Assembly (NCBI RefSeq): GCF_016234775.1
Contig: NZ_JACRAH010000019.1
Span: forward strand, 10,105-74,104
Reading direction: 5' to 3'
Length of the DNA stretch: 64,000 nucleotides
DNA from: Aquabacterium sp.
Lineage (GTDB): Bacteria; Pseudomonadota; Gammaproteobacteria; Burkholderiales; Burkholderiaceae_C
Shown here: positions 9,027-23,077 of the stretch, in pieces
How the letters are laid out: the number at the start of each line of letters is the position of its first letter
How positions within the stretch are numbered: position 1 is the stretch's first letter
Notes under the pieces: model-generated
The model's database searches: none
What the model was told of the DNA's origin: nothing
What the model saw: only the letters and a program-made list of their open reading frames with translations
Translations under genes and position numbers: made by a program

Positions 9027-9986
9027 ATGGCTGACGATTCCCCCAACCCGCATGCCGCGCGTTTTTCGGCGCTGACCAAGGCCCTGCTTGACAACGTCAA
9101 GCGCGCGAACTTCCCGCCCATCTACACCCTGCCCATCGAGCAGGCACGTCAGGCCTACAAGGCCTCGGTGGGCGCGATGGAGTTGCCCCGCGCCCAGGTG
9201 GCCCGCGTGCACGACTTCGCCATCCCGGGGCCGGTGGGGGGCATGCAGGCCCGCCTGTGGGCAGACAGCCATGAGCCCGGTCTGCCCGTGCTGCTTTATC
9301 TGCACGGTGGCGGTTTCGTGATCGGTGACATCGACACCTGCGAATCCATGTGTCGCAATGTGGCCAAACAAAGTGGTGCTGCCGTGGTGGCGGTGAACTA
9401 CCGGCTCTCACCCGAGCACAAATACCCCGCTGGCCTGCAGGATGCCTGGGCCGCCCTGCAATGGCTGGCTGAACATGCTCATACCCTTGGGCTGGACGGC
9501 CGCCGCCTGGCTGTGAGCGGTGACAGTGCCGGTGGCACCCTGTCGGCCAGCGTGGCCCTGATGGCGCGAGATGCTGGCATTCCGCTGGCCTTGCAGGCGC
9601 TGATCTACCCCTCGGTACAGACGCGCACCATGACCGAGTCGTTCAAGGCCTTTTCTCGCGACACCCTGCTGAGCGCCGAACTGATGGCCTGGTTCGAGGC
9701 GCAAACGCGGGGCGATGGCCTGACGCACGACTGGCACCGCGAGCCGCTGCACGCGCCCGATCACAGCGGCGTGGCGCCTGCCTGGATCGGCCTGGCCGAG
9801 TGCGATGCTCTCACCGATGAGGGCCATCATTACGCGCAGAAGTTGCGTGATGCGGGTGTGCCCGTGGAAGTGCGCCAATGGCCCGGCGTGATCCATGACT
9901 TCATCAACATGGGGCGCTTCATGCCCGAAGCCGCCGAGCTGCACGCCGAACTGGCTGTGCAGCTGAAAAAGACCTTCCAGGTCTGA
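9027..9986 (+). CDS. alpha/beta hydrolase (hormone-sensitive-lipase-like esterase)
   Basis: ATG 9027 preceded by GGAGAC. Oxyanion motif HGGGF, nucleophile elbow GDSAGG, and C-terminal D...H (GVIHDF). Confidence 0.85.
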   Translation: MADDSPNPHAARFSALTKALLDNVKRANFPPIYTLPIEQARQAYKASVGAMELPRAQVARVHDFAIPGPVGGMQARLWADSHEPGLPVLLYLHGGGFVIGDIDTCESMCRNVAKQSGAAVVAVNYRLSPEHKYPAGLQDAWAALQWLAEHAHTLGLDGRRLAVSGDSAGGTLSASVALMARDAGIPLALQALIYPSVQTRTMTESFKAFSRDTLLSAELMAWFEAQTRGDGLTHDWHREPLHAPDHSGVAPAWIGLAECDALTDEGHHYAQKLRDAGVPVEVRQWPGVIHDFINMGRFMPEAAELHAELAVQLKKTFQV

Positions 9987-10078
9987 TACGCCATTTGCCG
10001 GATACCGGTGCACTCCGGGCCTCATCCGGTACGCTCCTTGCTCATGACTGAGCTCCATTCAACCCAACGGAGCTGAGC

Positions 10079-10515
10079 ATGAACCGAGAAGACGTGACCG
10101 ACCTGATCGTGCAGGCCAAGGTCAAAAAAGGCCTGAAGTGGGCCGATGTGGCCACCAAGGTGGGTCTGAGCAAGGAGTGGGTGACCGCCGCTTGCCTGGG
10201 CCAGATGACCTTGACGGCCGAGCAGGCTGCCATCATCGGCGACATCTTCGAGCTGCCCCATGAGGCCCGTCTGTGGCTGCAGGAGGTGCCTTACAAGGGC
10301 TCTTTGCCCACCTCGGTGCCCACCGACCCCCTGATCTACCGCTTCTACGAGCTGATCAGCGTGTACGGCACCACCTTCAAGGCGCTGATCCACGAAGAGT
10401 TCGGCGACGGCATCATGAGCGCCATCGATTTCAAGATGGATCTGCAGCGTGAACCCAACGCGGCCGGTGATCGCGTCAGCATCGTCATGTCGGGCAAGTT
10501 CCTGCCTTACAAAAC

Positions 10516-10522
<7 letters not shown>
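10079..10522 (+). CDS. cynS: cyanate hydratase (cyanase)
   Basis: 147 aa. Full-length resemblance to CynS: N-terminal HTH-like part MNREDVTDLIVQAKVKKGLKWADVA, and C-terminal cyanase domain ...ISAIDFKMDL...VMSGKFLPYK. Confidence 0.9.
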
Positions 10523-14947
<4,425 letters not shown>

Positions 14948-15055
14948 GGGCGTCGCGCACGCTATGGTGACGCCCCACTTTGCCAGGGATGGCTCCCGCT
15001 TATCGCCTCATGAAACAGCCATTTGGCGCGCAGTTTGGCGCGCCAAATGGCCTGC

Positions 15056-16276
15056 TCAGAGCCTGGCTCGCGGCCACAGCACCCAGACGGACAAGGGCTG
15101 TTTGGTGCGCCCAGCCTGCGCCAGGGCCTCGTCACCCCAACCCCAGAAGAAGTCAGCCCGTACCGCGCCAATGATGGCGCCGCCGGTGTCCTGTGCCATC
15201 ACCAGCCTTTGCAGGGGCTGCGGTGCAGGTGGTATGGCCGACCAGGCTTGAGGCACGGTGGAGTCCAGCCACATCGGTGTGCCCAGGGGAATGCTGTCGC
15301 GGTCCACGGCCACCGAGCGTCCCGGCGTGAGCGGCACGCCCTGCGCGCCCAGCGGCCCCGACTCCGGATCAGTCAGTGCCTCCTCGCGGAAGAACACCAC
15401 ACGGGGATTGGCGCGCATCATCTCCGGGATGCGGGCCGGGTTGGCCTGTGCCCAGTTGCGAATCGCGGGCCAGGAGGCCTGCTCCAGCGAGAATGCGCCC
15501 TGGTCCACCAGCCAGCGGGCCACGGATTGATAGGGCTGGTCGTTGTGGCCGGCAAAGGCCAGGCGCACGATGCGTGGCTGGTTTTGCGCCGTGAGTTCAT
15601 CAAGCAGGCGGACGCGGCCGGAGCCTTGAACCTGGATCAGCAACACGTCCAGCGGGTCGGCCAGGTAGACCACCTCACGGCCCGCCACGGCGGCCTTGCC
15701 ATCGGGCGAGGTCTCCAGTTCCGTGCGGCTGAAATAGGGCTTGCGCTGCCCCAGATCCGCCGGGGCGCGGTGCAGCGGGTACTGAAAGCGTGCATCGGGC
15801 TGGCGTCGGCCTTCCAGCAGGGGTTCGAAGTAGCCCGTCATCAGCCCGGTGCTGCCGCCTTCCAGTGTGGTCACGCGCCAGGGTTGCAACTGGCTTTGCA
15901 CCCACTGGCGCACGAAGCCATCGTCCACCTGCTGCGCCCAACTGGCGCCCAGCTTCTTGACCTCGGCGCATACCTGAGTCCAGGCGGATGCGGGCTTCTG
16001 GCAGCTCTTCCACAAGGCGGGCCACCAGTCGCTGATGCGGTCGTTGTTCCAGCCGGGCAGATCGGTCCATTGCGCGGGCATCCAGTGGGCCTTGGGGCGC
16101 AGCAGGCCGCCAGCGCCATCGGGTTGGGGCTGCACGGTACCGGGTGCGGGCGGCTGAGCAATGGAGACAATGGGGGCACCGCTGCCCCTGGTGTGAACCC
16201 AGGGCAGCATGCCGCAGCCGCTGAGGCTGCCTACAATCAGTCCGGTGATCAGGGCACGGGCATGACCGCGTGTCAT
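15056..16276 (-). CDS. mltA: membrane-bound lytic murein transglycosylase A
   Basis: Longest ORF trimmed to ATG 16276, which yields a lipoprotein signal (MTRGHARALITGLIVGSLSGC). MltA-type body with a C-terminal 3D-like domain (VAVD...IPLGTPMWL...AQDTGGAI.G..RADFFWG). Confidence 0.8.
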   Translation of the reverse strand: MTRGHARALITGLIVGSLSGCGMLPWVHTRGSGAPIVSIAQPPAPGTVQPQPDGAGGLLRPKAHWMPAQWTDLPGWNNDRISDWWPALWKSCQKPASAWTQVCAEVKKLGASWAQQVDDGFVRQWVQSQLQPWRVTTLEGGSTGLMTGYFEPLLEGRRQPDARFQYPLHRAPADLGQRKPYFSRTELETSPDGKAAVAGREVVYLADPLDVLLIQVQGSGRVRLLDELTAQNQPRIVRLAFAGHNDQPYQSVARWLVDQGAFSLEQASWPAIRNWAQANPARIPEMMRANPRVVFFREEALTDPESGPLGAQGVPLTPGRSVAVDRDSIPLGTPMWLDSTVPQAWSAIPPAPQPLQRLVMAQDTGGAIIGAVRADFFWGWGDEALAQAGRTKQPLSVWVLWPRARL

Positions 16277-16313
16277 CACATCGACACGCCAATTCGGAAA
16301 CGGACAGAAACTC

Positions 16314-16451
16314 ATGTGGTTGATTGTGCTGGAAGCGGTGGGCGCCTTGGCTGTCCTGGTGTTCGTGGTCTGGTGGACGATGTTTGCCGGGCGCCATCGA
16401 GGTGAGCTGCCAAGGGATGATCGCGATGTGGATCGAGGTGGCAACACATAG
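16314..16451 (+). CDS. candidate 45-aa single-pass membrane protein
   Basis: Below the ORF-track size cutoff. Own translation: MWLIVLEAVGALAVLVFVVWWTMFAGRHRGELPRDDRDVDRGGNT. One hydrophobic helix is followed by a charged tail. The RBS is weak and there are only 37 bp to the divergent mltA start. Confidence 0.3.
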   Translation: MWLIVLEAVGALAVLVFVVWWTMFAGRHRGELPRDDRDVDRGGNT

Positions 16452-16546
16452 CGCAAGGGGTGATGCCCAGGCGTGGTCCAGACAAGCTTGCCAAGGCCGA
16501 CAGGGTTGACGTTTGAGCCGATGTCATCGGCTCGGCAGCAAGGGCA

Positions 16547-16921
16547 TCAGTGCAGAGACTGCGATCGCGCCAGGGTGAAGGCCGGTATGGTGGCTTCGAA
16601 CCAGCGTGCATCTTCAGTCATGCAGAAGTAAGTGCCGTGCATGATGCCATGTGGGGTGTCCATGCGCGTCCAGCTGGTGTATTCGAAGCGCTCGCCTGGC
16701 TTGAGCATGGGCTGGTTGCCCACCACGCCCAGGCCGCGCACCTCTTCGGTCTTGCCGGTGGCGTCCGTGATCACCCAGTGCCGACCGATCAACTGCGCCG
16801 CAACGGTGCCCGAGTTGACGATGGTGACCGTGTAGGCGAACACGTATTCGTGGCGCGCGGGGTTGCTCTGGTCTTCCAGGTACTGCGGCGCCACGGCGCA
16901 CGAAAATTGGGCTTGGCTCAT
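16547..16921 (-). CDS. apaG: ApaG (DUF525) protein
   Basis: ORF trimmed to ATG 16921 (MSQAQFSCAVAPQYLEDQSNP...YVFAYTVTIVN.G...QL..RHW.ITD..G...EV.G.GVVG.QP.L.PGE.F.Y.S). Confidence 0.85.
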   Translation of the reverse strand: MSQAQFSCAVAPQYLEDQSNPARHEYVFAYTVTIVNSGTVAAQLIGRHWVITDATGKTEEVRGLGVVGNQPMLKPGERFEYTSWTRMDTPHGIMHGTYFCMTEDARWFEATIPAFTLARSQSLH

Positions 16922-17047
16922 GCGGCCCATTCTAGGCAAATGACGACAACATGCGTGGCGGATACCCCAGCAAGTCATGGGGATGTCACCCATTGGCGGC
17001 AGCATGCACTGTCTTGTTTACTGTGCGTCTGTTGTCGGGAGTGATGT

Positions 17048-18808
17048 ATGGATCGTCGTAGCTTTCTGTCCGCGCTGGGTGCCCTGAGTGGTGGTTTGAT
17101 GGTGACCTGGCAGGCTCAGGCCACCAGTTGGTCGGGTCTGGGCAATGTGCCGCTGGACACCACGGGCATGCGCACCGATTCGGCCCGTGTCTTCGATCTG
17201 TCCGTGTCTTCAGCCGATCCCAGCCTCACGGGCGTGATCCTGTGGACCCACCTCAACCCCGATGCCATCAGGCCCAATGAACCGCTTTACCTGCAGGTGG
17301 CGCTGGATGCCGGCTTCCAGACCATGTTGCTGCAAGCGCAGATTGCACCGCAGGACATCAGCCCCGAACGCGACCACACGATCAAGATCGACCTGGATGG
17401 CCAGTTGCCTGCCACTCATTCAGGGGGGCCTTACTTTTACCGCTTCATTTACGACCGCACGCTCAGCCGCACGGGCCGCTGCCGCACCCTGTCGTCTGCT
17501 GGCAGCGCGCTCAAGCACCTGAAGTTCGGCCTGCTGACCTGCCAGGATTACACCAACGGCTACTACGGTGCCTTGAGCCATGTGGCCAAGGATGACAGCC
17601 TGGACTTCGTGCTGCACCTGGGTGACTTCATCTACGAGACCGCCGGTGACCCACGTTTCCAGAGCCTGCCTTTTGCCGATCGCACCATGATCCTGCCCTC
17701 GGGCGGCACCGTGGCCCTGGATCTCCAGGACTACCGCTTCATCTACCGACGTTACCGCAGCGATCCCCAATTGCAGGCGGCCATGGAAAAGCACACCTTC
17801 ATCTGTGTGCCCGATGACCATGAAACGGCCAATGACAGCTATTGGGACTATGCCCGTGACACCCTGGGGGCGCCTGACCACCCCTACACCAAGGATCCGA
17901 AATACGGCAACAGCCCTGCGCTGCTCAAGCAACTCAAGCTCGACTCACAGCGTGCCTGGACCGAATACGTACCCGCCCGTGTGGCCTACAACCCGCTGGC
18001 CACGCACCCCCACGAGGCCTTGACGGTGTACAGGCGCTTTGCCTTTGGCAGCTTCCTTGATCTCTTCATGATCGAGAACCGCAGCTACCGCAGTGCCCAT
18101 GCCTGCGGCGAAGGCGATGCCCTGCAACGCTATGTACCACTGGGTTGCACCAAGTACAACAGCCCCGAGCAGACCTTGCTGGGTGGCAAGCAGCACAACT
18201 GGTTGGTTGAAGGGCTCACGCAATCGAAGGCGACCTGGAAGCTCATGGGCAACCAGACCTTCCTCGGGCGCTTGTCCATCACCTTCCTGGGCGCGCAGAT
18301 CACGCCACTGAACGTGGATGCCTGGGACGGCTTCAACGCCGAGCGCCGCGCCCTGACGGGTGCCTTGCGTGAAGCCAAGGTACGCAACTACCTGGTGGTC
18401 ACGGGCGACCTGCACACCTACATGGCCAGCAACGTCAAGCATGACTACGGCAGCCTCAACCCGCTGGACTTCGGCAACCTGGTGGGCGCTGAATTCATGA
18501 CCCCGTCGATCACGTCGTCCAATCTGGGCGAGATGATCGGCAGCAAGCTGGACGCCCAGCAACGCACCCTGTTGATGCAAGGCCTGGCCGCGCCGGCTGT
18601 GCGCTTGAACAACCCGCACATCCAGTACTTCAACAGCAACCAGCAAGGCTATTCCACGCTGGAGTTGACCGACAGCTATGCCGAGTGGGTGGCCTACGCC
18701 GTGGACAAGAGCGTGAACGACCCCGCCGTGGCGCGCAAATGTGTGGCGCGGCAACGCAAGTACATGTCTCTGCCCTGGCTGATGGCGCAGAGCACGAGCG
18801 GGTATTGA
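17048..18808 (+). CDS. phoD: PhoD-family alkaline phosphatase / phosphodiesterase (Tat-secreted)
   Basis: Twin-arginine signal MDRRSFLSALGAL. Metallophosphatase motifs (HLGDFIYE, PDDHE, TGDLH). Confidence 0.75.
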   Translation: MDRRSFLSALGALSGGLMVTWQAQATSWSGLGNVPLDTTGMRTDSARVFDLSVSSADPSLTGVILWTHLNPDAIRPNEPLYLQVALDAGFQTMLLQAQIAPQDISPERDHTIKIDLDGQLPATHSGGPYFYRFIYDRTLSRTGRCRTLSSAGSALKHLKFGLLTCQDYTNGYYGALSHVAKDDSLDFVLHLGDFIYETAGDPRFQSLPFADRTMILPSGGTVALDLQDYRFIYRRYRSDPQLQAAMEKHTFICVPDDHETANDSYWDYARDTLGAPDHPYTKDPKYGNSPALLKQLKLDSQRAWTEYVPARVAYNPLATHPHEALTVYRRFAFGSFLDLFMIENRSYRSAHACGEGDALQRYVPLGCTKYNSPEQTLLGGKQHNWLVEGLTQSKATWKLMGNQTFLGRLSITFLGAQITPLNVDAWDGFNAERRALTGALREAKVRNYLVVTGDLHTYMASNVKHDYGSLNPLDFGNLVGAEFMTPSITSSNLGEMIGSKLDAQQRTLLMQGLAAPAVRLNNPHIQYFNSNQQGYSTLELTDSYAEWVAYAVDKSVNDPAVARKCVARQRKYMSLPWLMAQSTSGY

Positions 18809-18864
18809 CCACAAGAAATGGGCGTTGCCATGGGTGACAAGGGCGTGTTTAATCCTGCCTCACC

Positions 18865-19461
18865 ATGCACGCCTACCTTGCCTCCAGCGCCTACATCGAT
18901 TTTGACCATCCGCTGGTGGCCGCTCAAGCTCGCGACGTGGCGCAAGGTCTGGAGGGCGCTTCGTCAACGCTGGCGCTCGTTCAACGTTGCTTCGAGTTCG
19001 TGCGCGACGAGATTCGGCACAGTGGTGATTTCAAGCTGAACCCGGTCACCTGCAAGGCCTCCGACGTTCTGCTGCACCAAACCGGCTATTGCTACGCCAA
19101 GAGCCACCTGCTGGCTGCGCTGCTGCGGGCCAATGGGGTTCCAACCGGCCTGTGCTATCAGCGCTTGTCGGTGGGCGATGGTGGCGGTGCACCCTATTGC
19201 CTGCACGGCCTCAATGCCGTCTACCTGCCTGAGTTTGGTTGGTACCGCGTGGATGCCCGTGGCAACAAGCCGGGCGTCCATGCGCAGTTCACGCCGCCGC
19301 GCGAATCACTCGCCTTTGCCTTGCAGGATGCCCAGGAACGAGATCTGCCCGAAATCTGGGCTGAACCTTTGCCGCTGGTGATCCAGGCGCTGCAAGCCCA
19401 TGACGACGTCGGGGCGGTGGGGCGCAACCTGCCGGATATTCCCCTGCTCATGGTCGTTTGA
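18865..19461 (+). CDS. transglutaminase-like cysteine peptidase superfamily protein
   Basis: 198 aa. Core motif QTGYCYAKSHLLAALLRANGVP (catalytic Cys context) followed by downstream H and D residues (LHGLN...YRVDARG). Confidence 0.7.
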   Translation: MHAYLASSAYIDFDHPLVAAQARDVAQGLEGASSTLALVQRCFEFVRDEIRHSGDFKLNPVTCKASDVLLHQTGYCYAKSHLLAALLRANGVPTGLCYQRLSVGDGGGAPYCLHGLNAVYLPEFGWYRVDARGNKPGVHAQFTPPRESLAFALQDAQERDLPEIWAEPLPLVIQALQAHDDVGAVGRNLPDIPLLMVV

Positions 19462-19465
19462 GCCC

Positions 19466-19747
19466 TTACTCGACGATATCCACCCCGGCCGCAAACGCCA
19501 CGCGGCCTTTGATCTCCTGAGCACCTTCCGTGGGCTCAGGGTAGAACCACACCGCATCAGGCTTCATATCGCCATTGGCCAGCAGGCTCATGTAGTGGGC
19601 CTGGCCCTTCCACACGCAACTGGTGCGGTGGTTGCTGAAGGTGGTGTACTCACGCTTGAGCGAGGTCTCGGGGAAGTAGTGGTTGCCTTCGAGGGTGACG
19701 ATGTCGTCGCTTTCGGCAACGGTCACGCCGTTCCAGATGGCTTTCAT
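19466..19747 (-). CDS. DUF427 domain protein
   Basis: 93 aa (MKAIWNGVTVAESDD...LEGNHYFP...C.WKG.A.Y..L...........AVWFYPEP). Matches my recollection of the DUF427 family. Confidence 0.65.
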   Translation of the reverse strand: MKAIWNGVTVAESDDIVTLEGNHYFPETSLKREYTTFSNHRTSCVWKGQAHYMSLLANGDMKPDAVWFYPEPTEGAQEIKGRVAFAAGVDIVE

Positions 19748-19977
19748 GGGGGCTCCTTGCTTGCCTGTTCAGGCGGCGATCATCGCATTTTTCCAGCGCG
19801 GCCTCTTGTACAGTTGTTCCCCAGATTTCTTCATGCAGGAGCGCGCCGTCATGAGCATCCATTCCGCTTCAAAATGGCTCGCCGCCGTGGTGGTGGCTTA
19901 CCCGCTGCGAGGCGCGACTGTGCATGTGGTGGACAAGGGCCAGCCCTTGTATGCCTACGCCAAGTGAGCGCCCGTCC

Positions 19978-20940
19978 ATGAGCCCGTCCCTCGTCTGTCA
20001 GGTTGTGTTTCTGGATGCAGGCACCTTGCCATGCGGCTTGCCGTTCGATGCGGGCTTGTCTGCCCTGATCGATTACCGTGCTTACCCATTCACGTCGCCC
20101 GCCGAGGTGCAAACACGCATCGTCGATGCCGAAGTGGTGGTGGTCAACAAGGTGCGTTTGAGCCGAGAGCTGCTGAGCCAGGCCCCCAGGCTTCAGCGCA
20201 TCTGCATTGCAGCAGCAGGCATGGACAACGTGGACCTGGCTGCAGCCAACGAACTGGGCATGTCGGTGCACAACGTGCCTGGGTATGGGAGCGATGCCGT
20301 GGCCGAGCATGTGATGGCCACCTTGCTGGCCTTGCGGCATCACTTGCATGACTACAGCCGTGCCGCTGTCGATGGGCGCTGGGCGGCCTCACCGCACTTC
20401 TGCTGGCACGGGCCTCGCATCAAGCCCGTAGCCGGCTCCACCTTGGGCATGGTGGGGCGTGGTGCCATCGGGCAGGCCACGGCGCACATGGCCCGGGGCC
20501 TGGGCATGCGGGTGCTGTTTGCGCACCGCCCTGGGCGCCCCATGGCCCCGGACGAGCGCCCGCTGGACACCTTGCTGAGCGAGTGCGATGCCGTGAGCCT
20601 GCACGTGCCGCTGACGCCCGACACGCGCGGCCTGATCGACGCACGTCGCCTGGCCCTGATGAAACCTGATGCCGTGCTGATCAACACCGGGCGGGGTGCC
20701 TTGCTCGATTCTGTCGCGTTGGCCGAGGCCTTGCGTGCACACAAGTTGGCCGGAGCCGCCATTGACGTACTGGAGGTGGAGCCACCACCCGCCACGCATC
20801 CCTTGCTGGCGCCAGACATCCCCAACCTGCTGCTGACGCCGCATGTGGCCTGGGCCAGTGAAGCCGCTCAGCAACGCCTGGCTGCCCGCCTGGTCGAGTT
20901 GATCGCCGAGCACGTGGCCCGGCGCGGGGCGTCCGCATGA
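19978..20940 (+). CDS. D-isomer-specific 2-hydroxyacid dehydrogenase (glycerate dehydrogenase / hydroxypyruvate reductase-like)
   Basis: ORF trimmed to ATG 19978. NAD-binding GMVGRGAIG, and catalytic context NTGRGALLD ... TPHVAWAS. Its stop overlaps the next gene (ATGA at 20937-20940). Confidence 0.85.
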   Translation: MSPSLVCQVVFLDAGTLPCGLPFDAGLSALIDYRAYPFTSPAEVQTRIVDAEVVVVNKVRLSRELLSQAPRLQRICIAAAGMDNVDLAAANELGMSVHNVPGYGSDAVAEHVMATLLALRHHLHDYSRAAVDGRWAASPHFCWHGPRIKPVAGSTLGMVGRGAIGQATAHMARGLGMRVLFAHRPGRPMAPDERPLDTLLSECDAVSLHVPLTPDTRGLIDARRLALMKPDAVLINTGRGALLDSVALAEALRAHKLAGAAIDVLEVEPPPATHPLLAPDIPNLLLTPHVAWASEAAQQRLAARLVELIAEHVARRGASA

Positions 20941-22235
20941 ACAACGCCAGCGAAGCCGCTTTGCTGCGCCGCCTGTACGAGGTGGCCGTGCAGCGTGCGC
21001 AGCCCGCCTTGGTCTTGCCGGCCCATCTGCCTGATCCCCCCAAGGGGCGCACCGTGGTGATCGGGGCGGGCAAAGCCTCGGGTGCCATGGCCCGCGCACT
21101 GGATGCACGCTGGCCGGCTGACAAGCCGCTCAGTGGCGTCGTGATCACGCGCTATGGCCATGTACCGCCGCGTGAGGCATCAGGGCCTGAGCGCATTGCC
21201 GTTGTGGAGGCGGCCCATCCCGTGCCCGATGGCGCGGGCCTCCTGGGCACGCAGCACCTCATGGGGGCGCTGGCGGGCTTGACCGAGGATGACCTGGTGA
21301 TCGCGCTGATCTCGGGCGGAGGCTCCGCGCTGCTTACCGCGCCCATCCCGGGCTGGACGCTGCAGGACGAACAGAACCTGCATCGACAACTCCTGCGTTG
21401 CGGTGCCGGTATCACCGAGATGAACACCGTGCGCCGCCACCTGTCGGCCATCAAGGGGGGCCGTCTGGCGCGCCTGTGCCGGCCGGCCAGGCTGTTGACG
21501 CTGGCCATCTCCGATGTGCCGGGTGATCGCCTGGAAGACATCGCCAGCGGGCCCACCGTGCCCGATCCCACGAGCTGTGCAGACACCCTGCGCATCGTCG
21601 CGCAGCACGGTCTGACCTTGCCGCCGCCCGTGATGGCGCAACTGACAGCGGGCGAGCTGGAATCCCTCAAGCCTGGCGACGAGGCCTTCATGCGGCACAG
21701 CGCCCACCTCATCGCCACACCGCAGGACATGCTGGAGGCCGCCGCACGCACGGCGCGTGAAGCTGGATGGCAGGCGCACATCCTGAGCGATCGGATGGAG
21801 GGTGAGGCGCGTGACGTGGGCAAGTTGCATGCGGCCCTGGCCATGCAGGTGGCGCGTCATCAACAGCCCTTTCAAGGGCCTTGCGTGCTGCTTTCTGGCG
21901 GAGAGGCCACCGTCACGCTGGATGAACAGGCCGTGGCTGAGGGCAGTGGCGGGCGTTGCTCGGAACTGCTGCTCAGCGCGGCGCTGGCACTGCAGGGTGC
22001 ATCAGGCATCTGGATGCTGGCGGCCGACACCGATGGCATCGATGGCATGAGCGAGGCCGCAGGTGCGCTGATCGGGCCGGATACCCTGCAGCGAGCGCAC
22101 GCGATGGGGCTCGATGCCCGTGCCATGCTGCAAGCGCACGATTCAGGGCGCTTCTTTGCGGCCTTGGGTGATCAGATCCTGACGGGGCCGACCTTCACCA
22201 ATGTGAATGATTTCCGCGCTGTGTTGATCAGCTGA
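20937..22235 (+). CDS. glycerate 2-kinase (MOFRL / DUF4147 family, TtuD-like)
   Basis: 432 aa. Typical family sequence (VIGAGKASGAMA...ALISGGGSAL...LSGGEATVT...GGRCSELLLSAAL...DTDGIDG...TGPTFTNVNDF). Translationally coupled to the dehydrogenase. Confidence 0.85.
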   Translation: MNNASEAALLRRLYEVAVQRAQPALVLPAHLPDPPKGRTVVIGAGKASGAMARALDARWPADKPLSGVVITRYGHVPPREASGPERIAVVEAAHPVPDGAGLLGTQHLMGALAGLTEDDLVIALISGGGSALLTAPIPGWTLQDEQNLHRQLLRCGAGITEMNTVRRHLSAIKGGRLARLCRPARLLTLAISDVPGDRLEDIASGPTVPDPTSCADTLRIVAQHGLTLPPPVMAQLTAGELESLKPGDEAFMRHSAHLIATPQDMLEAAARTAREAGWQAHILSDRMEGEARDVGKLHAALAMQVARHQQPFQGPCVLLSGGEATVTLDEQAVAEGSGGRCSELLLSAALALQGASGIWMLAADTDGIDGMSEAAGALIGPDTLQRAHAMGLDARAMLQAHDSGRFFAALGDQILTGPTFTNVNDFRAVLIS

Positions 22236-22265
22236 CTGGCACCGCGCATCACCGCAGCATCAGCA

Positions 22266-22979
22266 TCAGGACTCAGGAAACACCAGCCGCTTGCCCAGAT
22301 CACGCAGGGGTGGGCTGCGGGCATACAACTGTTCCGGATCGGTGTAGTTGGCGCGCATCACATAGGCCCGCATCTTCTCCATGGACTGGCGCGGCACGGT
22401 GGTCACCACCATATTGGCCAGCGACATGGGGATCATGCCGCCCGGGTCGCCATGACCTTCCAGTTCGATGGCGGTCTTGGTGGGAGACAGCGGGCGCAGC
22501 GTCCACGACGAGATCATGCGTGGCATGCGCACATAGCCGGCTTGGGGTGGCAGGACGCCACCGCGGCTTTGCACGTCCACATGAATGACATGCGTGTTCG
22601 GGTCTTGCCTGACTGTCACTTGCGCGACCACATCACGGGCGCTAACCGGCCAGATGCCGTTGATGGCCATGTAGACAAAGGTTTCGCCGGGCTTGGGGCC
22701 TGCAATGAAGCGTGCCTCGCGCAGCAGAAAGAACCACTCGTGCATGGTGGTCACATCGGCCAGTGTGGCCACCACCTGCTTCATGGGGGCATCGATTTGC
22801 ATCATGCCCTTGAAGTCTTTATAGGTGTTGCCAGGCAGCTTGCGCGTGTAAATGGCAATGCCCTGATCGTCACCTGCCAGTGTCCAGACAGACTGATCGG
22901 CCTTGGCCCACAGTGGGAACAGCAGGGCCACGGTCAGCAGGACCTGTTTCCACAGCGAAAAGATGGCAGGGCGTGTCAT
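22266..22979 (-). CDS. secreted START / lipid-binding-domain protein
   Basis: Trimmed to ATG 22979, giving a signal peptide (MTRPAIFSLWKQVLLTVALLFPLWAKA). START-like pattern (W.L....GI.IYTR...G..YK.FKG...IDAP...V...L.D....HEW). Confidence 0.6.
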   Translation of the reverse strand: MTRPAIFSLWKQVLLTVALLFPLWAKADQSVWTLAGDDQGIAIYTRKLPGNTYKDFKGMMQIDAPMKQVVATLADVTTMHEWFFLLREARFIAGPKPGETFVYMAINGIWPVSARDVVAQVTVRQDPNTHVIHVDVQSRGGVLPPQAGYVRMPRMISSWTLRPLSPTKTAIELEGHGDPGGMIPMSLANMVVTTVPRQSMEKMRAYVMRANYTDPEQLYARSPPLRDLGKRLVFPES

Positions 22980-23077
22980 GCCCTTATTAACGCTTGCCCC
23001 CTGCCTGTGGGTTGCACGTGTTTTCCCCAATCACCCCGCCTGGGACGGTGATTTAGTGCCGCCAGAGGCAGGCCGCC

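Noticed and set aside
16515-16533. Hairpin GAGCCGATG-T-CATCGGCTC downstream of apaG, considered as an intrinsic terminator.
   Set aside because: There is no U-run on either strand and the loop is too short, so it is not called as a terminator.
17009-17035. Pho-box-like direct CTGT repeats (CTGTCTT, CTGTGCG, CTGTTGT) just upstream of the phoD-family gene.
   Set aside because: The repeat spacing is 12 and 8 nt, not the 11-nt periodicity of PhoB boxes. The element ends only 13 nt before the start codon, leaving no room for a -10 element and 5' UTR.
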